Below, one piece after another: positions 16,059 through 23,600 of a DNA stretch of 48,534 nucleotides. This DNA is from Eubacteriales bacterium (GTDB lineage: Bacteria; Bacillota; Clostridia; Oscillospirales; CAG-272): positions 1-48,534 of the forward strand of contig JAZNFZ010000030.1 in NCBI GenBank assembly GCA_045576195.1, written 5' to 3'. Under the pieces are notes generated by a model. That model was given only the letters and a program-made list of their open reading frames with translations, was not told where the DNA came from and did no database searches. The translations under genes and the position numbers were made by a program. How positions within the stretch are numbered: position 1 is the first letter of the stretch; each line of letters starts with the position of its first letter.

Positions 16059-17459
16059 ATGTTCCAATCAGGTGATTTTGATAAGTTTGATCCGCAAAGC
16101 AAGGAAAATCAGTCGACCACCGACTCCGCGACCTGCGGGGCAGAGGGGGAGACCGAATCGGCCGATGCACCTCACTGGTACGGCGTTTCGTACAGTGATG
16201 GCGGCAACGTGTCGGGTGCCTCGTTCTATCGCACCGCACCCGACCAACCGAAAAAGTCAAGGCGTAGCAAAAGAGTGGCGCTGGTGGCAGGGCTCGTTGC
16301 CCTTGCGGTGCTGCTTTCGGCGCTGGCGGGCTTTGGCGGTGCTATGCTGGCGGGCAAGCTGCTGACTACCCGCTCCGAGCAAGGCGGCGGTCTTGAAAAT
16401 TCGGATGTGGAGCAGAGCACACAGCTCCCGGGCGGCACGCTTTATCCCATTGGAGATGTGAGCGGCTATGATTTCGGAGCGGTCAGCCTGCAGAAAAATG
16501 ACGGCTCGGCGCTGGCAGACTCGCAAAACGGCTCTGCGGGAGATGCAGGCCTTAGTCTGATCACCGCAGCAGCACTGGTGAAGGATTCCGTGGTGGAGAT
16601 CACCACGACCACCACCTACTACGGCACCATTGCCGCAGGTGCGGGCAGCGGCGTGATCATCCACGCCGACGGTATCATCGTGACCAACAATCACGTGATC
16701 AGCGGCTCGGATACCATCTATGTGCGCCTGACCAACGGCAACACCTACGAGGCGGTGGTGCGCGGCGTGGACGAGGACTGCGACATTGCCATTTTGAAGA
16801 TCACCCCCAAGGAGACACTCACTGTGGCAAAGCTCGGCTACAGCGGTGCGCTGGCTGTGGGTGAGGAGGTCATTGCCATCGGCAATCCTCTCGGTGAGCT
16901 GGGCGGCACCGTGACCAACGGCATCATCAGCGCGCTGGAGCGTCGGGTGCAGATCGACGATACGGTTATGACCCTGGTGCAGACCAATGCAGCCATCAAC
17001 TCGGGCAACTCGGGCGGCGGCCTTTTCAATATGGCAGGTGAGCTCATCGGCATCGTCAACGCCAAATACGCGGCATCGGGTGTGGAGGGCCTTGGCTTTG
17101 CCATTCCCATTGACACGGCCATGAAGTCGATCGATTCCTTGCTTCGCTACGGCTATATCCGCGGTATTCCCGCACTGGGAGCAACGGTGCAGGAGCAGGC
17201 CATTCGCTACGGCTTTACCATCAGAACCGTGCTTTATGTCTTTGACGCGGAGGAGAGCTCGGGGCTTCTCAAAAACGATATCATTCTCACCGTGGACGGT
17301 GTAAGCGTTTCCACGGTCTCCGCCCTGAAGGCGATCATCCGCGAGAAGGCCGTGGGCGACACGGTGGAGCTTGGCATTTCCCGCAACAACAAATCACAAA
17401 CCGTGACGGTAACGCTGGTGGAGTATATCCCGAGCGATGCCAATATTTCCTTTGAATGA
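16059..17459 (+). CDS. htrA: HtrA/DegP-family serine protease with N-terminal membrane anchor and C-terminal PDZ domain
   Basis: Trypsin-like motifs TNNHV, DIAILK and GNSGGGLF. Start chosen at ATG 16059 after AAGGAGGGGAG. The ORF track starts at 15963. Confidence 0.9.
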   Translation: MFQSGDFDKFDPQSKENQSTTDSATCGAEGETESADAPHWYGVSYSDGGNVSGASFYRTAPDQPKKSRRSKRVALVAGLVALAVLLSALAGFGGAMLAGKLLTTRSEQGGGLENSDVEQSTQLPGGTLYPIGDVSGYDFGAVSLQKNDGSALADSQNGSAGDAGLSLITAAALVKDSVVEITTTTTYYGTIAAGAGSGVIIHADGIIVTNNHVISGSDTIYVRLTNGNTYEAVVRGVDEDCDIAILKITPKETLTVAKLGYSGALAVGEEVIAIGNPLGELGGTVTNGIISALERRVQIDDTVMTLVQTNAAINSGNSGGGLFNMAGELIGIVNAKYAASGVEGLGFAIPIDTAMKSIDSLLRYGYIRGIPALGATVQEQAIRYGFTIRTVLYVFDAEESSGLLKNDIILTVDGVSVSTVSALKAIIREKAVGDTVELGISRNNKSQTVTVTLVEYIPSDANISFE

Positions 17460-17481
17460 CGACCTGAAAAAGAGGATGGGT

Positions 17482-18174
17482 ATGTATCATATTTTAGTAG
17501 TAGACGACGAGATCCGCATCCGTTCCATCATCCGCAAATACGCGGAGTTTGAGGGGCATACCGTAACCGAGGCGGGAGACGGCATGGAGGCCGTGCGCCT
17601 GGTGAGAAATGGCGAATATGACATCATTATTTTGGATATTATGATGCCCGAGCTGGATGGCTTTTCCGCCTGTCGGGAGATCCGTCGGATCTCTGCCACC
17701 CCCATTATTATGCTCTCTGCGCGGGGCGAGGAGTATGACAAGATCAATGGCTTTGAGCTGGGGATCGACGACTATGTGGTCAAGCCCTTTTCTCCCCGCG
17801 AGTTGATGCTTCGCGTGGAGGCAGTGATGAAGCGCACGCGGCGCGGCGTGCGGCAGGAGAGGGCGCAGAATGAGATCGAGGAATTTGACAACGGCGGTCT
17901 TCGCGTGGACCTGACGGCCCGCATCGTGTATGTGGAGGGTGAGCGGGTAGAGATGTCGCCGAAGGAGTACGATCTCTTCTTTTACCTGCTTCGCAACCGC
18001 AATGTGGCGCTCACGCGCGAGCGCCTCATCAGCGAGGTGTGGGGCTACGATTTTTACGGCGATGCCCGCACGCTGGATACTCACATCAAGCTGCTTCGCA
18101 AGAGCCTTGGCAAATACAGCAGCTACATCGTGACCCTGCGTGGCGTGGGCTACCGCTTTGAGGAGCGCAAATGA
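17482..18174 (+). CDS. OmpR-family response regulator
   Basis: Receiver domain (ILVVDDE ... DIIILDIMMPELDG) plus a winged-helix C-terminus (TLRGVGYRF). Start at ATG 17482 after AAGAGGA. Confidence 0.9.
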   Translation: MYHILVVDDEIRIRSIIRKYAEFEGHTVTEAGDGMEAVRLVRNGEYDIIILDIMMPELDGFSACREIRRISATPIIMLSARGEEYDKINGFELGIDDYVVKPFSPRELMLRVEAVMKRTRRGVRQERAQNEIEEFDNGGLRVDLTARIVYVEGERVEMSPKEYDLFFYLLRNRNVALTRERLISEVWGYDFYGDARTLDTHIKLLRKSLGKYSSYIVTLRGVGYRFEERK

Positions 18175-19694
18175 GGCGGCGCGAGCAAAGGAGAGAGCGG
18201 CTGCATCATCGCGTGGGTATTCGCTGGCGACTCTTCGTCAGTCTTGCGATCTTTACCGTTGCCATTCTTATGGGGCTTTGGGTCTTTCAGATCAGGCTGC
18301 TCGGCTACTTTTACGAGCGCGAAAAGGTGGATGAGCTGCAGGACATTGCGGACGACCTGGCGGCGTATGTGACGGAGACAGACCTTGATGAGCGCGTGGA
18401 CAGCTATTCCTTCGATAAGCATATCTGCATTCGGGTGTTTCGGCTGAAAAGCGAGAGCGAGGGTCTGGTGGCGGAAAAAATTGCCGATTGCGATGTTTCC
18501 GACAACTGTATGATCCATCACCTCTCGGAGGATCTGCTCTCCGAGCTTTATGACAAGGCAAAGCAAAACGGCGGCAGCTACGATGAGCGCATGGAGCTGA
18601 GCCTTGGGGATAAGAGCGGCGAGGAGGGCTTTTATGTGCCCGGTATGCGCCCTCGGGTCAAGACCGTCAATGCCATCCATGTGGAGATCCTTCGCGTGGA
18701 TGAGCAGGATTATCTGGTGCTGCTGGATTCCGAGCTGACCCCGCTTGATGCCACCATCAAGACCCTGCAGGTGCAGTTCTCCTGGATCGCACTTTTTCTC
18801 CTGCTTGGCGTGCTGCTGCTCACCTTTTTCCTTTCGCACATCATTGCAAGCCCGCTGACCGCCATTACGGCCAAGGCGGGAAAGCTGGCAAAGGGGAACT
18901 ATGAGGCGGATTTTGAGGGGCGCGGCTATCGTGAGGCGCGGGAGCTGGCGGAGGCGCTGAATTTTGCCGCCCGCGAGATCGGTGCCACCGACCGCCTGCA
19001 AAAGGAGCTGATCGCCAACATCTCCCACGATCTTCGCACTCCCCTTACCATGATCCGCGGCTACGGCGAGATGCTAAGGGATATCCCGGGCGAAAATACG
19101 CCCGAAAATGTGCAGGTGATCATCGATGAGGCCAACAGACTCTCGGAGCTGGTAAGCGACCTGATGGACCTTTCCAAGCTGCAGGCAGGCACACAAAAGC
19201 CTACCCCTACCCGTTTTGACCTGACGGAGGTGGTGCGCGACGCGATGCAGCGCTACGAGGCGCTGGTGCGCCACGACGGCTACCGCATTGAGCTGGCGCT
19301 GGCGGGCGAGGCTCCCGTTCTGGCGGATCGCACGATGATCTTGCAGGTGATCTACAATCTGATCAACAATGCCGTCAATTACACGGGCGAGGGGCGTCGT
19401 GTCCGCGTCACCGAAACGGTTTCCGAGGGTCGGGTGCGGCTATCGGTCGCCGATGACGGAGAGGGAATTCCACCCGATAAGATCGGGGAGATCTGGGATC
19501 GCTACTATCGCGTGGATCGGATCCACAAGCGCGCCGTCATGGGCACGGGACTTGGCCTTTCCATTGTCAAAAGCGTGCTGGAGGCACATCACGCCTCCTA
19601 TGGCGTTGACAGCGCGGTGGGCGTGGGCAGTGTCTTTTGGTTTGAGCTTCCCTTGGCGGAGTCACCCTGCGACGGTGAAAAAAGCTCATCATAA
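18171..19694 (+). CDS. Sensor histidine kinase (two TM segments, HAMP, HisKA, HATPase_c)
   Basis: H-box ISHDLRTPLTMIRGYGEML, N-box NLINNAVNYT, and G-boxes DDGEGIP / GTGLGLSIV. ATGA overlap with the regulator gene. Confidence 0.9.
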   Translation: MRRREQRRERLHHRVGIRWRLFVSLAIFTVAILMGLWVFQIRLLGYFYEREKVDELQDIADDLAAYVTETDLDERVDSYSFDKHICIRVFRLKSESEGLVAEKIADCDVSDNCMIHHLSEDLLSELYDKAKQNGGSYDERMELSLGDKSGEEGFYVPGMRPRVKTVNAIHVEILRVDEQDYLVLLDSELTPLDATIKTLQVQFSWIALFLLLGVLLLTFFLSHIIASPLTAITAKAGKLAKGNYEADFEGRGYREARELAEALNFAAREIGATDRLQKELIANISHDLRTPLTMIRGYGEMLRDIPGENTPENVQVIIDEANRLSELVSDLMDLSKLQAGTQKPTPTRFDLTEVVRDAMQRYEALVRHDGYRIELALAGEAPVLADRTMILQVIYNLINNAVNYTGEGRRVRVTETVSEGRVRLSVADDGEGIPPDKIGEIWDRYYRVDRIHKRAVMGTGLGLSIVKSVLEAHHASYGVDSAVGVGSVFWFELPLAESPCDGEKSSS

Positions 19695-19705
19695 AAAATC
19701 CCCGC

Positions 19706-19756
19706 GGCATGAGCGTGATACTCCGTTAAGAGTATCACGCTCATGCCGTGCTTTTT
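19706..19756 (+). terminator. Intrinsic terminator of the kinase operon (unusually long, perfect 18-bp stem)
   Basis: GGCATGAGCGTGATACTC-cgttaa-GAGTATCACGCTCATGCC followed by gtgcttttt. Confidence 0.8.
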
Positions 19757-20174
19757 GTAAGACGAAAACCCCGCCATAGTGGCGGGTTTCCATAAAGGCT
19801 TTGCCGATGAGCAGAAAGCAAATAAAAATTCAGCGTAGAATGATCTTGAGTCAAAGGCTCCCTTGTGTAAAGGGAGCTGTCAGCGAAGCTGACTGAGGGA
19901 TTGTTTTGTGTAGATTATCGCTTTTTACAATCCCTCCGTCACGGCAAGCCGTGCCACCGCGACCACCGTGAAACGGTGTGTCGACGTGCTCACCGCAGGC
20001 GAGCACAGCTCCCATTTACACAAGGGAGGCTTGGTTTTAGTCCCGCTTGAGCGGGGTTTCGTAACAAATGCATGGCTGACAGGCCAATCCTTAGCGCACT
20101 TGTGCGTAGTCTGTAGTATTAGGGATATACCCGAAACTGAAATACCCCCCGCTATGCGGGTGGATTATTATTTT
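19755..20174 (+). ncRNA. Candidate large structured non-coding element, copy B (paralog of 4925-5320)
   Basis: Collinear with copy A. The last ~135 nt is ~85% identical by hand count. Stems are conserved with compensatory substitutions, and apical regions differ in length. Ends with CCCCCCGC-tat-GCGGGTGG plus attattatttt. Confidence 0.45.
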
Positions 20175-20277
20175 GCAAGGCTGAAAGGTTTTTTTGCCGT
20201 CTTTTAGCCGAGGTATCCCGCAAGTGCCACTCTCGATAATGGCGGCATTAGGGCGGTGCAGTGCAACAAAAAGCCCC

Positions 20278-20306
20278 TTGCAAATGGCGACGAAATGTGG
20301 TACAAT
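20278..20306 (+). promoter_or_regulatory. Sigma-A type promoter upstream of rlmA
   Basis: TTGCAA, 17-nt spacer, TACAAT, with an extended -10 TG (tgGTACAAT). Confidence 0.6.
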
Positions 20307-20327
20307 GGGATTGCGATCCTGACGGCA

Positions 20328-20385
20328 GCTCGCCCATCTGCGGCAAATCGCCGCAGGTGAGCGAGTTATTGTAGACTTATTTTAA
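20328..20385 (+). promoter_or_regulatory. Leader hairpin with U-rich tail in the rlmA 5' UTR (possible attenuator or stabiliser)
   Basis: GCTCGCCCATCTGCGGC-aaatc-GCCGCAGGTGAGCGAG followed by ttattgtagacttatttt, between the promoter and ATG 20406. Confidence 0.3.
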
Positions 20386-20405
20386 CACAGAAAAGAGCTG
20401 ATGTT

Positions 20406-21236
20406 ATGAATTTGTGGTGGGAAGCACTTCTTTGTTGTCCCGTATGCGGTGCCGAGGTGAAAAAGGAGGGCAACAGCCTTTATTGCCACGGTGTGCGCCG
20501 CCATTGCTTTGATTTTGCCGCAAAGGGCTATGTCAATCTGGCCGATTCCCGCGCTGCGGGCGGCGGGGATGATGCTGCTCTGATCGCCGCGCGCACTGCC
20601 TTCCTTTCCCGCGATTTTTACCGTCCCATTGCCGACCGTGTGTGCGATCTGCTGGGAGCATATGCGCCCGGTAAGACCGTGGTGGATGCGGGATGTGGGG
20701 AGGGCTACTATACCTGCCATATGGCAAGGGCGGGATATCGTGTGCTGGGGCTTGATCTCTCCAAGCGGGGAGTCGGCACGGCCTCCCGCGCTGCCGCGCG
20801 GGAGGGGCTTGATCCGCTTTTTGCGGTGGCGGGCATCTTTAAAATGCCCATCGCTACCGCATCACTTGATGCGGTGGTCAGTCTGTTTGCCCCTGTGGCG
20901 GAGCAGGAATTTTTGCGCGTGCTGCGCCCCGGTGGGGTGCTGATCACGGTGGGGGCAGGGCCCGAGCACCTGTTTTCGCTCAAATCGCTGCTCTACGATA
21001 CCCCCTACCGCAATGAGGTGCGGGAGGATGCTCCCGCAAAAATGGAGCTGCTGAAGCATGAGCGCCTTCGCTTTCCAATGGCGCTTGACGGTGACGATGC
21101 GCGGCATCTGTTTGCCATGACCCCCTATTATTACCGCACCGCAAAGGAGGGTGTGGCGCGGCTTGACGCCGTTACCTCCCTTGACTGCGAGGCGGATGTG
21201 GAGCTTGCGGTATATCGGCGCCCCGAGGAAGAATAA
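20406..21236 (+). CDS. rlmA: 23S rRNA (guanine-N1)-methyltransferase RlmA-like (Zn-finger plus class I SAM methyltransferase)
   Basis: N-terminal CPVC...C..H Zn motif followed by KGYVNL, and SAM motif VVDAGCGEGYY. The layout matches E. coli RlmA. Confidence 0.8.
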   Translation: MNLWWEALLCCPVCGAEVKKEGNSLYCHGVRRHCFDFAAKGYVNLADSRAAGGGDDAALIAARTAFLSRDFYRPIADRVCDLLGAYAPGKTVVDAGCGEGYYTCHMARAGYRVLGLDLSKRGVGTASRAAAREGLDPLFAVAGIFKMPIATASLDAVVSLFAPVAEQEFLRVLRPGGVLITVGAGPEHLFSLKSLLYDTPYRNEVREDAPAKMELLKHERLRFPMALDGDDARHLFAMTPYYYRTAKEGVARLDAVTSLDCEADVELAVYRRPEEE

Positions 21237-21243
21237 CAAAAAA

Positions 21244-21297
21244 GGGAGGCACGGCGTACCTGCCGTAGCGCAGGTACGCCGTACCTCCCCTTTTTTT
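21244..21297. terminator. Bidirectional intrinsic terminator (20-bp stem, one mismatch)
   Basis: A-run, then GGGAGGCACGGCGTACCTGC-cgtagc-GCAGGTACGCCGTACCTCCC, then T7. Lies between convergent genes. Confidence 0.8.
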
Positions 21298-21313
21298 GTA
21301 TAGAGCCTTGCGA

Positions 21314-21781
21314 TCAGCGCCGATGCCGCCGTCGCGGGCGCTTTTTTTGCCGCGCGGCAAGGAAGGCGCCGAGGATGGCTGCGGGCAAAAGAAGGGCGCG
21401 GAGCAAAAGCGAGGTGAGCCCCCAACCCGCATCGGCGCTGCGCGGCAGAAGCAGCGCGCAAAGAAGCGTAACGGCAAACAGTGCCGCGCCGAGGAAAAGG
21501 CCGCACAAAAATGGCGTTCTTCTGCCGTAAAGCCATGTGGCAACAGCACCGCCCGCCACGGCCGTCAGGTAAAGCACGGCAAGCGCCACAGGTCGGCAGA
21601 GACGGGAGGGATCCTCGGTTTTGAGCAGGATGGCGGTGGCAAGGAGCAAAAGAAGCGCGCCCAGCAGCAGCGTGAGCAGTAGGGAGGGGAGCGTGTTCTT
21701 GAGAACGGCACCAAGGGACATGGTGCCGTCTTTATCCGTGCCGCGGGGTGCGGTTCCTCTTCGGGGTGCTTTTTTTGACAT
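21314..21781 (-). CDS. Small multi-pass membrane protein (hypothetical)
   Basis: Basic N-terminus followed by 3-4 hydrophobic Leu/Ala-rich segments and a basic C-tail. Start set at ATG 21781 (MSKKAP), preceded by GGAGG. Confidence 0.6.
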   Translation of the reverse strand: MSKKAPRRGTAPRGTDKDGTMSLGAVLKNTLPSLLLTLLLGALLLLLATAILLKTEDPSRLCRPVALAVLYLTAVAGGAVATWLYGRRTPFLCGLFLGAALFAVTLLCALLLPRSADAGWGLTSLLLRALLLPAAILGAFLAARQKKRPRRRHRR

Positions 21782-21836
21782 AAAAAACCTCCTCATACAA
21801 TAACACTTGGTTCATTGTATGAGGAGGCTTTTGCTT

Positions 21837-22154
21837 TTAGTCCTGTGCGTCCTCGGCACGAACATCGACCGAGCGGATGGCAGATTTGAGCAGACGGATG
21901 CGGGTGTGGTCGCGACCGGTCTCAATGATCATGGTCTCTTCCTTGATACTGACCACCTTGCCGATGATACCGCCGATGGTGGTGATCTCATCACCCACAG
22001 AAAGGTTGTTTCGCATTTCCGCAGCAGCCTTTTCCTGCTTTTTCTGAGGACGGATGCCGAAGAAATAGAACACAACGACAAGCACCACGATCATACCGAT
22101 GGTCATGATCAGGTTGCCGCCGCCCTGTGCCTCCAAAAGAGAAGTGAAATTCAT
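21837..22154 (-). CDS. yajC: Preprotein translocase subunit YajC
   Basis: Single TM segment followed by FFGIRPQKKQEK ... VGDEITTIGGIIGKVVSI, the classic YajC signature. Start at ATG 22154 after GGAGG. Confidence 0.85.
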   Translation of the reverse strand: MNFTSLLEAQGGGNLIMTIGMIVVLVVVFYFFGIRPQKKQEKAAAEMRNNLSVGDEITTIGGIIGKVVSIKEETMIIETGRDHTRIRLLKSAIRSVDVRAEDAQD

Positions 22155-22301
22155 GTGTAACCTCCGTTTTTGTGATGCTTCCATTATAGCCTCTTTTTGC
22201 CATAAATACAAGGGGGGAATTGTAAAAATTTCCTCAAAATTCAAAAAATCATCAAAAAAAGCGCCAAAATGAGGCTCCCGATGAAAAAAACAGAAAGAGT
22301 G

Positions 22302-22330
22302 TTGAAAAAAAATAAAAAGTGTGCTATACT
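22302..22330 (+). promoter_or_regulatory. Sigma-A type promoter upstream of rimM-trmD
   Basis: TTGAAA, 17-nt spacer, TATACT, with an extended -10 TG. Confidence 0.6.
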
Positions 22331-22359
22331 AAATTAAATATATCTTGAAAGGATCACCT

Positions 22360-22869
22360 ATGGCCATCATCAGCTACCCCGAATGCGGAAGGATCATCAA
22401 TACCCACGGCTGCCACGGTGCCGTCAAGATCGAGCCGTGGTGCGACACCCCCGCCGTCCTTGCGGGGCTCCCCCGTGTTTTCCTCAAAAAGGCCGAGGGG
22501 CTGGTGCCGCTTGCCGTGAAAAAGGCCTCGGTGTTCCGCAGCTTTGTGTTTGCCGAGCTTGCGGGCGTTACTACCATGGAGGCGGCCGAGGCGCTGCGCG
22601 GCACGGTGCTTTATGCCGACCGCAACGATCTGGGAATTCCCGACGGAGCTTTGCTGATCGCCGAGCTGGTGGGGCTTCCCGTGAGGCACGCCGATACGGG
22701 TGAGCTGCTGGGGCAGGTGGAGGATGTGATCCATCCCGGTGCCACCGATATTTATGTGATCAAGACCCCGCGGGGGGAGGCAATGATCCCCGCCGTGGCA
22801 GAATTTGTGGTCAGCACCCACCCGCAAGAGGGGATCGCGGTGCGGCCGATCGAAGGGATGCTTCCGTAA
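22360..22869 (+). CDS. rimM: 16S rRNA processing protein RimM
   Basis: About 170 aa with RimM/PRC-barrel layout (GRIINTHGCHGAVKIEPW ...), immediately upstream of trmD. Confidence 0.85.
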   Translation: MAIISYPECGRIINTHGCHGAVKIEPWCDTPAVLAGLPRVFLKKAEGLVPLAVKKASVFRSFVFAELAGVTTMEAAEALRGTVLYADRNDLGIPDGALLIAELVGLPVRHADTGELLGQVEDVIHPGATDIYVIKTPRGEAMIPAVAEFVVSTHPQEGIAVRPIEGMLP

Positions 22870-23567
22870 TGCGATTTGATATTATGACGCTGTTTCCCGA
22901 CCTGGTTCGCACCGTGCTTAACGAGAGTGTGATCGGGCGGGCGCAGAAGAACGGACACATTGAGGTCCTTACCCATAACATCAGGGATTATTCCAAGGAC
23001 AAGCACCGTCGCGTAGACGATACCCCCTACGGCGGCGGAAAGGGGATGCTGATGATGGCACCGCCGATCTATGATTGCTATACTGCTATTGTGGAGTCCA
23101 CCCCCGCCCCCCTTCACCGCAGGGTGATCTATATGTCGCCGCGCGGCCCTGTGCTCGATCAGAAAAAGGCAAGAGAGCTGGCGGGCTACGAGCAGCTGGT
23201 GATCCTTTGCGGCCATTATGAGGGCGTGGATGCCAGAATTATTGAGGAGATCGTGGATGAGGAGATCTCCATCGGCGATTTTGTGCTGACGGGGGGCGAG
23301 ATCCCCGCCTGCATCCTGGTGGATGCCGTGGCGCGCCTGGTGGATGGAGTGCTGGCGGCTCCCGAGTGCTATGAAAACGAAAGCCTTTCGGGGGGACTTG
23401 TGGAATACCCCCAATATACAAGACCCGTGGAGTTCCGCGGGCGCACCGTGCCCGAGGTGCTGGTTTCGGGTCACCACGCCAACATTGAAAAATGGCGGGC
23501 GGCAAAGGCTCTGTCCGAAACAGAGCGACTGCGGCCCGACCTGCTGAAAAAAACCGATGCTACCTAA
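22869..23567 (+). CDS. trmD: tRNA (guanine37-N1)-methyltransferase TrmD
   Basis: MRFDIMTLFPD ... YGGGKGMLM ... CGHYEGVDARI ... SIGDFVLTGGE, all conserved TrmD motifs. Confidence 0.95.
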   Translation: MRFDIMTLFPDLVRTVLNESVIGRAQKNGHIEVLTHNIRDYSKDKHRRVDDTPYGGGKGMLMMAPPIYDCYTAIVESTPAPLHRRVIYMSPRGPVLDQKKARELAGYEQLVILCGHYEGVDARIIEEIVDEEISIGDFVLTGGEIPACILVDAVARLVDGVLAAPECYENESLSGGLVEYPQYTRPVEFRGRTVPEVLVSGHHANIEKWRAAKALSETERLRPDLLKKTDAT

Positions 23568-23600
23568 ATAACCGTCGAGAGACAGAAGGGAGGAAAGACC

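Noticed and set aside
19968-20207. 79-aa ORF inside element copy B
   Set aside because: The equivalent frame in copy A hits TGA shortly after the homologous start region (ctt agt ccc gct TGA), so the ORF is not conserved even though the nucleotides are. That argues for non-coding function.
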